A program made the position numbers and the translations under genes. The notes below the pieces were generated by a model. It was given only the letters and a program-made list of their open reading frames with translations. It made no database searches and was not told where the DNA came from. A stretch of DNA of 64,000 bases from the human T2T-CHM13v2.0 reference genome, Homo sapiens, in the NCBI RefSeq assembly GCF_009914755.1, contig NC_060926.1; one strand, written 5' to 3'. This document shows, piece by piece, positions 11,275 to 23,322 of this stretch (its first letter is position 1; each line of letters opens with the position of its first letter).

Positions 11275-12969
11275 GTAAGGGCAGGGGCAGGGTGGGGTCC
11301 CTAGGGCTGCTGGGGCCCACAGAGCATCCTGGCACGTGGGGTCCTGCAGGGTGGAGGTGAGGGTGCCTGGTCAGTGCTCCTGGGGAGGTCTCTGCAGTGG
11401 GCATGGTTTGGGGGGTAGGGGCTGTGACAGCATGTCTCACTGTGGACACCGTCCCGGTGCCGAGCAAGCTGCAGCCAGGTAAGGAGGCCACAGGCTGGGG
11501 AAAGGCCAACCTTGCAAGGGGTGCTGGGCACACGGGGGATGGTGTCTGCAGTGGGGCTCCATGCACCTGGGGTTCCCGTCCCAGGTGGCATCTCCACACA
11601 CCCAGAGCCAGACTCCGCCGAGGGGGGCTCATTCTGGTGTCCCTAAAGCCTCAGGAGGCAGAGAGCCCCGCTTAGATGATATAGGGTGCCATCGTGCACT
11701 TATAGGGCTGTGAGCATGGGGCTGGAGCAGCCAGGCCCTTTGCATCCTGGTGGGGCAGACCCGGGACTCGCTGATGCACACAGGGGACCCCAGAGTTCCC
11801 CCACAGTGTGTGCCCCTCCTTTCTTATATCCTGGATCCAAGCAGAGGAGCAGCATGGGGAGGTCATGGAGCCCCCTCTTGGACCTAGATCTGGGGATTCT
11901 GGCCCCTGGCTTCAGAGGCCCAGGTGGAGCCCACACCTTCTCCTGCACCTGCTCTCAGACACTCGGCTCCACCTCACTGAGGTACCAGAAGGGCAGCTGG
12001 GTTCCTATGGAATTCTGGAAGCTTTTTTCAGCTTCTGCTGGCTCTACACTGGGGAGGTCTCAGGGGCAATGCCTCAGCCTCCCCTTGGGGGGAAAGACAG
12101 GAGCTGGGGGTCTCTCAGGCACCTGGCCCTGCGATGGTGACACTGACGTCATCGTGATTTGTCGCCATGGTTCTGATGTGGTCACAGTCTCTCAGGCATG
12201 TGCAGGGTCCTAGGAAGCATATGAAGTGCATCAGGAACCCCCTCCTGCCCCCGTTGCCGAGGCAGCACTGCCCTCTGCTAGGAACAGCTCCGTGTTGGCC
12301 TCTCTGTCCCCACACACTGGGCCTGCAGGGCTTCTCCGAGACTCTTCAGTTCAGGTATCAACCCTGGGCTGTCTCCTGGGATGTGGGGGGCGGATGTTCT
12401 TTCCTTGCCTCCCCACGCTCCTCCTGCGGATCCTTCACTCCGGGTGGGTCGGCCTCTTCCTCCTGATCAGCTCCAGAGCCCCCTCTAGTTCCCTGGCATG
12501 GAAACACGGCCCGGGTGAGCTGTGGTGGCCCCGGAGGCCTCTCCGCTCCTGCACAGGCCTTGCTTCCTGCGGGTGACGAGGTCCTGGACTCTCTCCTGCC
12601 CAGGCTTCTGGGTGCTTTCCTTAGTTCAGCACCAGTGCTCTGTGTGGGCAGCGTCTCCCCCGAGGATCCGCAGCTCCGGGTTACCCGCAGGCGTCCATCT
12701 CCGGTATGGTGCTGCCCTTCACTGATCCTGGTTGTATTTCTGTTTCCTGCTTTCCTCATCGCCTCCTGTTTCGGTTGATTCCTTCTTTTTGCTGGTGCCC
12801 GTCTCACAGTAGCTTCCTGAGAACGGGGACCTGGCAGGTACACTTCAGACCTCCTGTGTCTGAAATAGTGTCCTGGTTCTGACCTGCACTTGAGTGTCGG
12901 TGAGGCCTGGGCAGGGTTCCGGGTGGGAGCTCAGTTTCGTCCTGAGTTTCTCAGGCCCCAACCATGGCC

Positions 12970-13400
12970 TGTGGTGGCTTCACGGGCTACAAGGCAAAGG
13001 ACGCAAACGAAGAGGCTTCACGTGACAGGGTTGTATGCTCAGCCAGCTCTGGAGGCTGGAGTCTGAGCTGGCAGCACTGACAGGGTCAGCTCTCCTCGGA
13101 GGCTGCTGGGGAGGAGCCTCCTGCCTCTTCCGGGCTCCGGGGGCCTCTGGCACCCCCGGTGTCCCCGGGCTTGGAGACGCAGCACTCCCATGTCTGCCGG
13201 TTCCCCTGGCCGCCTCCTCTGTGTCATTGTCTGTTCTCTTCATATAGGGACACCAGTCATCGAATTGGAGGTTCACTCTACTCAAGTATGACGTCACCGT
13301 GATTTCACTGATTTTATGTCCCAGGCCGTATTCTAACAAGGGCACATCCTGTGTTCTGGGAAGGGCGTGTCGCTGGGGAAATACTCTTCACCCGGCTGCA
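12970..13400 (-). mobile_element. MLT1-family (MaLR) LTR, GC-shifted
   Basis: CTCTGGAGGCTGGAGTCTGAG...GACACCAGTCAT...TATGAC...AAGGGCACATCCTG resembles the MLT1 reverse strand. Confidence 0.6.
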
Positions 13401-14881
13401 ACCTCTCACTGTAGAACTGCCTCTGTGGAGAAGCCCAAAGGGCATTTGCGGCTTCTAGGAGCCAAGTAGGAGGAGGCTGGGATCCGTGTTTCAGGCGGGA
13501 CTCCAGGCTTGGGCGGGCCTGATACTCGAGTCCACATGCCCCCTCTAGAGAGGAACCTGTCTCCTGCCAGGGCCAGGGAGGGGGGCACTGGCTGCTTCTG
13601 TATTTTGGGGTTTGGGGCCCTGGAGCTTCCCATGCGGAATTGCCGTCCCTCCTCCTAGGCGAGTCCCAGGGCCACCCCATCCCACAGGGACCCGGGCGCC
13701 AGCTTCTGAAAGCATGGGGCATCTGCGGAAGAACTGGGTTGTTTCCCAGCTTTCGTCCCTGCGGAGGGGCGATCCGGCCCCTCCATGTCAGCAGTGTTTG
13801 GTCGTCCACATGCTTGTCAGCCCCACGCTGTGCTCCTGCGTCTCTTCCCGTCTCATCCATCTGGATGCTTGACACCTCTGACAGCATCCCTTTCCTGTCA
13901 TCTTAGGGCAGCTTCAGGAAACCGAAAAACAGGCTTGTGTCCTTCCATTAACCCCTTTATCCACAAGTTCAGTATCAGCATGAGCCCTGGGGAGCTCCAA
14001 GGCTGCAGCCAGGAGCCCCGTAGCCAGGTGTGGACATGGGGCTATCTCCCTGGGTGTGAGCGGCCACCGGCACCTGCTGGCAGCACCCCTGAGCAGGTCA
14101 TCCCGCCTCCCTGGGCCTGCCCTCCTGGGAACAGAGCTAGGACCAGTGTGGGCCTGGAGGGCCGAGTGAGGGGCAACTGTAGGCAAGCTGTAGGCACAGG
14201 GGCCACTGTCAGGAGCCACAGCAGCTGCAGGTGGTGACAGGCAGGGCCCCCTCAGGCCAGCCCTAGTGGAGCTCACACACTGTGGGTTAAATCCTTAGAG
14301 GAGTGAGATCAAACTTGAAGAGGATCTACTCTCCCCTTCTGCCCGGAACACCTGCCCTTCCCAATGACCTGGAAGGCAGGCGGGGATTTAGGAGTCTCTG
14401 CTCCTGGAGTTCTGGGAGAACGTTCGCATGAGGATTTAGCCAGGCCCAGCCTCCCACCCAGGGGCATCCACATCTTTCTTGTCCACTCACATCCCCCACC
14501 TCTACGCCAGGCCACAGCCCTGCAAGCAGCCACCCTGGGACGCCACATCAGGTCCCGGAGGAAAATGGCCACAGAAGCTCTGGGAGTGGCTCAGGACAAT
14601 GTGGGGGGAGGGGAATTCCAGTCACTCATCCAAGAGGGTGGTCCAGAAGTACAAGGAACCCCACCGGCTTGCCCCCGTCCCCATGGCTGGCATACCCAGA
14701 GAGAGGGGCATGACCAGGGCGGGAAGACCAGGACCAGGCAGGAGCTGGGCCTCAGGGTTCTTGGGGCTCCTGGCCAGGCTGCCTGGCTCGCCTGTCCTGG
14801 CACAGGCCTGGGAGTGGGTGTCCTGTCTGTGTTTGGGCCCAGGAGCCCCGCGGCCCACCTGGGACCTGCCTTCTCTTGCAG

Positions 14882-15081
14882 GGATGGTCCTGGCTGTGCT
14901 GCTGCACCAGGGCCGCCTTCCCCGCCTTTTCCAGAGGAACCTGTTCTACGGCCAGAAGAACAAGTACCGAGCACCCCGAGGGAAGCCGGCCCCGGCCTCA
15001 GGGGACACCCAGACCCCTGCAAAGGGGTCCAGTGTCCGGGAGCCTGGGCGCAGTGGTGTTGAGGGGCCACATTCCAGCTGA
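14882..15081 (+). CDS. AQP12A: Aquaporin-12 exon 3 (to stop)
   Basis: ttgcag|GMVLAVLLHQGRLP...GPHSS*; exons sum to 607+117+200=924 nt = 307 aa + stop. Confidence 0.95.
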
Positions 15082-15190
15082 GTGGCCTTGCTCTGTGTGA
15101 GCCCCGTGCGAGGGCCCTGCTTGTAGCTGGACCCTGGAACCTTCTGTAGCTAAGAGGGAATCCTGGCCCCCTCCCCAGAAGCCATTTGTC

Positions 15191-15196
15191 AATAAA
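15191..15196 (+). terminator. AQP12A polyadenylation signal
   Basis: AATAAA 110 nt after the stop, followed by GT-rich TGTGTGT. Confidence 0.85.
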
Positions 15197-16509
15197 CCAT
15201 TTCTAAGACCTGTGTGTCCCCCTGGGCCCGAGAGAGGCTTCTGGAGGGGCAGGCAAGGGTGTGCGGCAACACGGTGAGGCTGGTCCGAGTCTCCCCATCT
15301 CCCGCGGGCTCCTTCCTGCCTCTTGTTACAGAAGAAGCAGGAGAGGAAAGGGCAGGATGACAGGGAAGAGCCCAGGGAGTCCGCCAGGTCCCAAGTCTGC
15401 CAAGATGATGCTGCAGCCCTGGACATGCCCGGGAGGGAGCCCACAGCCACGGAGGCCTGAGACCCGATGGGATGCTGAGGATAGTGCTGGAGCCTGAGGC
15501 TGTAGGCTTGTGAACTAGGCACAGGGCACCCAGTCCCACGGGCCCTGAGTTCGCGACCGTCAGGACCATGGTCCGCTCGCCGCCCAAAGCCAGGTCAATC
15601 ACTGAGACCTTGGTGGCAGAACTGGGACCTGGAGGCATGGCACCTCCAGCCATTTCCTTCCCAAAGAACAGAGCCAGTCTGGAAACTTCCACCCAAAGGA
15701 GATAAGGGCCCTCTGCTATGGGTCCTGCTGCCCCACCCAGAGGGAGGGAGTGAGGTGGCCGGTGCTCCTGCCACAGGCTGTACCCCGTCCTCTGGTGGGC
15801 AGCAGCCCTGGGCCCAGCCGCTCTGCTATGGGGGAAGGACGAGAGGAGAAAGCAGGGAGATGTCCTCGATGCGGGGGGCTACGGGACACCCCAACCCCAG
15901 TGAGACCTCCACCCCGGCCAGCGTCCAGGCTCTTGACACCATCGTGAGAAGGAATTCAGGGGCGAGTTGGCAAATAGTGAAAGACCAGAGATTTCCTGCG
16001 AAGCCCAAAGCTCCCACTGGAGAAAGGGAGTGTGGCGCCCTCTAGAGTCCCGTCCCGGGCAGGGGCGCTGGGGCTGGAGGAATCCACAGGATTCCTGGAA
16101 AACGTGGAGATGTCTCAGAGCTGCGGCGCCGCCCACTTCTTACACCAAATCTGGGTGTTCTGGAGCCATCATGCGCTGGTGGGGGTGTGACGAGTGTGCT
16201 AATGAGCGCACCGTGAGGTCGCGGGAGACACCGGGGCACAGCCAGAGCCCTGTGGGGTCCAGGCGGTCTCAGCCAGCACGGCCACACCCCGGTGTTTTGG
16301 GTCCTGTCAGCCAGTCGCTGCTGCAGGGTTTCCTTTTGCTAGAGATGAGAAGGGGCTGCCTGGAACTTCCACTCCCCTCCGACCACCCTGTATGATTCCC
16401 GTCTCATGGTGCGTGGGCTTCTCCCTGGGGATGCCGGTGAGGCCACGTTTTCCTGGACGAGCGTTTGGTGGAGGGAGAGAAAGAAGAATCCTCTCCCCTC
16501 CCGGAGGTT

Positions 16510-16572
16510 GCCCCTTCACACACACACCCTCCTCCCCGAAGCTGCCCCTTCACACACACACCCTCCTCCCCG
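16510..16572. repeat. ~33-bp tandem duplication
   Basis: TGCCCCTTCACACACACACCCTCCTCCCCG x2. Confidence 0.85.
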
Positions 16573-16999
16573 CCAGAAAGCCCCCTCCCACACAGGCAGA
16601 GAGCTGGCTCTTTCTGGAGCCCCAGGCTCCTCTTCCCTGCTGTGGACTGGAGACAGGAATCCCATGGGACAGGCCTGAGAGCCAGTCCTGTGTGGCATCC
16701 AGAGGCCCCGATGGGGCTGCCAGACCCTGCCAGGCAAAGGGCTGCTGAGCACACAGGGGAGCCGATGGGGTGGGGCCAACCAGCTCCCCTCACAGACGTT
16801 CTGCGTGGGGGCCTGGCCATGCCTGGGTGTCACATGGCAGCAGAAGCAGCAGCAGGGGTTGGAGCCCCAGGAAGGAGAGGGGATCCTCCTCCGGTGGCAG
16901 CACGAGGCCCCTGGGTGCCGGAGGTGTGTCTGTTTTGCCACCAGTGCCTGCAGCCTCTGCACAGATCCTTCCAGGAGTGGAGGTCCCGGTGCTCAGGCA

Positions 17000-17715
17000 G
17001 TAACTGTATCAGTAACTGAGCATGGGAGGAGCAGACACAGCCTTATCCCAGTAACATAACCAGGAAGCTGTTAGAATTACTCCAGCTTAGAATCTCTTTC
17101 TGACAATCTCGAAATTCTCAGCAAAATCCACAAACCCTGAAGCAAGGGCCACAGCATTGGACAGAAACGAGCACAATTTTCCTATAAGATGTTGGAGTAT
17201 CCAGGTATTAATGCAGAAGTTTTGAAATTAATTTTTCTTACAGTTGAAGATACACTGATGGAATTCACAAACAGATGTTGTAAGTTGTGTGCAATCGTGA
17301 ATTCACCTTCAGTCTCTCCTATGAGCTCCACAAGCACAGGAAACGTCCGAGGAAACATAATCACGATAGATTTGCATCTACAAGCACACTCAAACTTCTG
17401 CGAAAGTCATCTGTCTGAAGCGTGGACAGTTTTGGGACTAGCCGCTCATCTGCTCTCGATGTGCTGAAATCTGCGCCTCCGGTGGCTCCGCAGAGCAGCT
17501 TCCCAGGTCGCCACAGCCTATGAGACACTCCCAGCAGCTCTGCAACGTTCCCTCTGCAGAAAGAGCCTTCTCCACATTAAAAACTGCCAAAGTGACTTGG
17601 AATCGTGCATCTGCCTCGGGCAACCTACCTGCGTTTCAAGTAGATGAAAAGAAAAGCAAGTTGGTAAAATCAGGTTTCCCGTAACTACTGAAGGATGTGC
17701 AGAAAAGGGAGCCGG
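17000..17715 (+). mobile_element. Decayed hAT (Tip100/Zaphod-like) transposase fragment
   Basis: AT-richer block. Frameshifted translation VATAYETLP..SAERAFSTLKTAK resembles the hAT dimerisation motif SAERSFSxLK; upstream FLTVEDTLMEFTNR is also hAT-like. Confidence 0.6.
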
Positions 17716-17739
17716 GACGGAGCAGTTTCGGCTGGGGCT

Positions 17740-18680
17740 CCTGGCCACCGTCGCCCGCCCTGTGGGGTCCCATGTAACAGGGGCTGAGGGCGCGCCCTTC
17801 TGCTCCAGGGCCCTACGGATCCCCGCCCGCCTCTGAACACGACCCACATTTTCCCTTGGGCCTGGGCCTGCCGCGCGAGGCCGCCTGGCCTGCAGCTCTG
17901 CTCCCCAAGGGCGTCCCGGATCCCACACCCGCTCCGGGAACTGGCGCAGGTACAGACGCCTGGCGAACTGCAGCTCTGGGGTGGCCAGGTCCTGGCAATG
18001 GCGGCGGGTGGCCTGGTCCGGGTCTGGCCGCAGCCGGTAGCCCAGGATGGGCGCCAGGCCGTGCTGCTGCGGCGCCAGCCGCGGGTCACGCTCCGCGCCC
18101 GGCCCTGAGGCCTCGCCATACAGGAGGCAGGTGCGCGCCTACCGGGCCCGCAGCGCCACCACCTCCGGCCGCAGCCCCCCTGGCACCCAGCCGCGCCCAC
18201 AGCGTGAGGTTCAAGTGTGCACAGAGCGCCAAGTCCAGCGCGTTCTAGGCGCGCGCCCTGCGCTCCACGCGCTGCTCCAGCGGCTCCTGGGCGAAGGCCG
18301 CACGCCACTGGACGGGGAAGGTCACCAGGTCATCCAGGCCCCAGCACAGCGCGGCGCAGCAGCCCCAGGGACTCATCCAGGTGCTGGGCAATCAGCCCCA
18401 GATCGAAGCGCGTGGCCACCGCTTCCACCCTCGGGGCCAGGCGGCGGCGCACTGTGGTCGAAGCCCAGGTCGAAGGCCATGAAGTTGAGGCCCTAGTGGC
18501 TGTCTGGCCGTCGGGGTTCATAGAAGGTGCGGGTGTGGCCCTGGAAGTGGCGCAGGCTCCGGGCTTGGGCTCTCTGGCGAGGCCATCTTGTACCAGGAGA
18601 AGGTGGACTCCAGGACGCGGGCCGGGTCCCGCAGGGTGGTGAAGGCGGTGTCTCCGGGCAGGACCCGCCACACCTGTTGG
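17740..18680. other. CpG-island-like segment
   Basis: Visibly dense CpG (GCGCGC, CGCCGC) compared with the flanks. Confidence 0.75.
17929..18673 (-). pseudogene. Unprocessed GAL3ST2-like galactose-3-O-sulfotransferase pseudogene (large last exon)
   Basis: Intact acceptor ccaacag|VWRVLPGDTAFTTLRDPARVLESTFSWYK; then NFMAFDLGFD, RFDLGLIAQHLDESLGLLRR, LCWGLDDLV, NALDLALCAHLNLTLWARL, RDPRLAP..ILGYRLRP, PELQFARRLYLRQFPE. TAG stops at 18493-95, 18245-47, 18139-41 and about 4 frameshifts. Confidence 0.88.
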
Positions 18681-19169
18681 GGAAGGGCCTGTGTGCCTAG
18701 GAGGGCTGCTGGCTCTGGGGACGCTCCAAGGGCTCCAAGGCAAGCAACTGGGAGTGAGTACCCTCCACCCAGCCCCCCAGCCCCCTCTGCAATGGGACGG
18801 GATCCACCGGGCTTTGCTTCGGAGGGACCTGAGTGGGCTGTGGAGGTCGCCTCCAGTGGCATCCTCGCAAAAGCGGTTAAATTATTGGAGAGGGCTGCAG
18901 GGTCCCAGGGTCTGGGGAATAGGGACCAAAGCTGGCCATGTCCAGGGTGTCAGCCATTCCCCTCTGTAGGCACCAGAGGCCGCTTCCTCTCCACAGTGGC
19001 CCTGGGTCAGGATCTGCCGCAATGGCCATGCCCTGCCTGGCCTCTTGCTCCCAGCCCCCTACCCTCTCGTAGAGCCTCCTCAGCTACTCAGGAGACCCTT
19101 CCTCTCCCTCCCTAGGACCTCCCTCCTCCCACCCCTCTGACCTCCACACAAAGTGTTCTCACCCAACCC

Positions 19170-19400
19170 CGTGGCACTCCTACCTGCCACCATGGTCACC
19201 ACCTCACTGCTCTCCTGGTCACTGTGGTCACCTCCACACTGCACTCCCCCCATCTCCATGGTCACCTCCCCACTGCACTCTCCCGTCACCATCGTCACCG
19301 CCACAGTGCACTCCCCCCACCACCATGGTTACCTCCCCCGTCACCATCGTCACCACCCCAATACACTCCCCCCATCTCCATGGTCACCTCCCCACTGCCT
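19170..19400. repeat. Degenerate C-rich tandem repeat
   Basis: CATGGTCACCTCCCCACTGC-like units recur. Confidence 0.75.
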
Positions 19401-21608
19401 CCTTGCCATGGCCGGGGGTGCCCTGCAGAAGCCGTGAACTCTGCAGCTCCCAACTGAACTCGGAGTCCCCATGTCCCCCACCCCAGTCACCACGAGACCA
19501 AGTCTGTCTTATGTCCTCAGGCTCAGGACTGCCACCCAGGCAGCCAGGCCAGACACGTGGGGGTCACACTCACCCCTGCCCTCCCCTGAAATCTCACCAC
19601 CCCTAGGGTCCTCCCTGACCTTGTTCCCTCTGGCGGCCCAAGCCCAGGCCGCCCCCTGTCTCCCACGTTCCCGCATTCCCTCCTAATTGGTCACCCCTCC
19701 AGTCTTGCCCCTCTTGTCCAGCCCCATCTAAGTCACACTGAAATCTCACTGTGCCCGTTTTCCTCAAGACCCTCCTTGGCTCCCCAAAACCCAGGGGCTG
19801 AAGTCCAGGCTTTCAGACAGGGTCTGCAGGGTGACTGCCAGGGGACCTCAGTACATCTCTGAGTGTCCACTTCTCATGGCTGAAATGACCTGGGTTCCAG
19901 GGGATGTCATCAGTGAGCCCACTTAGCTGCTGCCTCAGCCGGGCAGGTTGCTGGGAAGTTGCCTCCTCAGAGGGGTTAGACCCAGCCTTGCTACCGAGCC
20001 TCATATCTGCCTCACCTGGGCAGACTGACCCTCTTATCAGGGCCCACACCTGCCCTGTGTTGGTGTCTTTAAGTGTAACCTTTACAGCTTTTGGAGACAC
20101 TGTGATCTAGCTAAAGGAGTGACTCCCAAATGGTGGAACTGTGCATGAGGGAGAGAGGGATTTGGAGAGCAGTGCTTCCTAGGCAGGGGCTGGCCTCCAG
20201 GAGGGCTGAGTGCCCATGATTCATATGGAACACCCGCAGGCTCCTCCAGCTCGGGAGATCAGCAGCACAGACTTTGGGGTGGAAAAGCAGGCAGAGGGGT
20301 CAGGCGCGTGCCTGCCTGGGCAAATATTGGCTTGTGGCCTTGCTTTCCTGGGCTGGGAGCCCATAAGGCACAGGTGGCCCTCAGAGAGGCCCTGGGGAAG
20401 GTCGTGCTTCTCCTGGGGGATCCCCACCAGGGTGGGCTGCAGGATGGGGACCCTGTTCGGCACCTGCTGGGGATGGATACACGGGGCATCCTGGTCTCCA
20501 GGCAACAGCTGAGGGAGGAGGGGAGCCTGCTTGGAGGAGGAGGCTGGCGATAACACTGACCTGGCCACCGCGCAAGAGGGTCAGGGCTCAGGGGCCAGGG
20601 ATGGGGCCTACCCTCTGCTGAAGCCCCCAGATACAGCACCTCAGCTTTCTCTGCCCCACCCAACCCTCAGCTCCCTGGGATGGGTCTCACCTGACCATTG
20701 TGAGGCAGGAAGTGAGGCTCTGAGACACAGAGGGTTTTGCTCCGGGTCACTCAGCAGTGAAGTCGGCCGGTGCTGAGGGTTCTAGGAGGGGCTGTTTCCT
20801 CCCTGTCCTTGGCCCTCAGGACACCATCTTCCCCGTTCCTTCCATGCCTTGGCCCCAGACCTCCAGCAGTCTGTCCAGTGCAGCGGGTGGGGAGGAGGGG
20901 CTGGCCTGTGCTCATCGGGGTGCCCATGCTGCAGCTCCCTGGGTGTCTGAGGTTTGCTCAGTGACCACTGTGGCCACTCAGGTGGCTCCAGCAGGTCCTG
21001 TCCAGCCACAGAGCAGAGTCGTCCCACCACGGGGGGTGTGGCTAGCGGGGGCCCTTCTGTGAGGTTCGGCCAGACCCCACTGCACCTCCCTCCACAAGCC
21101 CTTGACCATGCCTCTCTGACCCCCTCTCCCAACCCTCCCACCCTGACCCTTCACTTCTCCCCACTCCCTCCCACTGTGCCCCAACCCCAGCCCTCTAACT
21201 CACCCCTCTCTCCCTGACACCCTCCAGAACTCTCTGTGCATGAGGGAGTGCCCCCCAAACAAGCCCCTCCCCAGCCCAGCCCCCCTGATTCCTCCTCTTT
21301 AGATCCTCACCACCTACACCCTGTTTCTGGGGAGTTTTCCCATCAGCTGGGTCTGCCAAGGACTGTGACACTGGGGTCTGTGTGGGGCCGTGGCGACTTC
21401 TGTGAGAAACACCGAGCTGCCCCCAGGCGGCTCTGCCATGTGGCGCTCCCGCCGGACGCAGGCGCGGGGCTGCCGCTGCTCCTGGGCCTCCATGTCGTCA
21501 GTCAGGTGGGTGCCCCACATTCCCGTGGGTGTGCAGAGGCTTCTCACCGCGGCTTCAGTCCGCAGCTCCCTCACAACACGCGGTGCAGAGCATCTTTCCT
21601 GTGCTTTC

Positions 21609-21710
21609 TGCTCTCTGTGTGTTTTCTTTGATGAGGTTTGTTTGGATTTTTTACCTCCTTGCTCTCTGTGTGTTTTCTTTGATGAGGTTTGTTTGGATTT
21701 TTTACCTCCT
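21609..21710. repeat. Perfect 51-bp tandem duplication
   Basis: 21609-21659 is identical to 21660-21710. Confidence 0.95.
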
Positions 21711-22344
21711 TTTTAATTGAGCTCTTTGTTTTCTTGTTGCTGAATTTTAAGCATTCTTCCTATATTTGGATGCCAGTCCTTTGTCCGGTGTGTATTTTGC
21801 AAAGATTTTCCTCCACGTCTGTGGCTTTCCTTACATTCCCTTTGCAGAGCAAACCATTTTAAATTTTATACAGTCCATCTTACTGATTTTCTCTTTTATG
21901 GATCATGCTTTTGGTGTTTTATCTAAATAATTCAGAGCCTAACCGAAGATCACCCAGATTTTTTCCAATGTTTTCTTCTAACGGTTTTGTAGTTTTGCGT
22001 TTTACGTTTAGGTCTGGGATTCCTTCTGGCTGAACCTCTGTAGAAGGCGGGAGGTCTGTGACCACATCCTTCTGGTGCTTTGTGTGTGCCTCCTTCTGCA
22101 TGTGGGCATCCGTTTGTCGGAGCACCTTCTGCTGGAAAGACTCCCCGTCTCCACTCACTTGCCTTTGCTCCTTTGGACCAGTTGGCGCCATTGGTGTGGG
22201 TCTCCTCTGGGCTCCCTATTACTCTGTTTGGTGCACCGATATGACCAGTCTTGTGAATCCTGCATGATCCTGACTATGTAAGCCTTACAGTAAGTCAGGA
22301 AGTCAGGTCATGTGAGTCCTCCAACTTTGTTCCTCAGTATTGTG

Positions 22345-23322
<978 letters not shown>

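Noticed and set aside
10266-11360. 364-aa ORF
   Set aside because: Intronic GC-rich and (CT)n sequence that happens to be in frame with exon 2.
20221-20568. ORF as possible upstream exon of the GAL3ST2-like fossil (..ARPQANIC..)
   Set aside because: No KTHKTxSST or HxRF motif; the resemblance is too weak.
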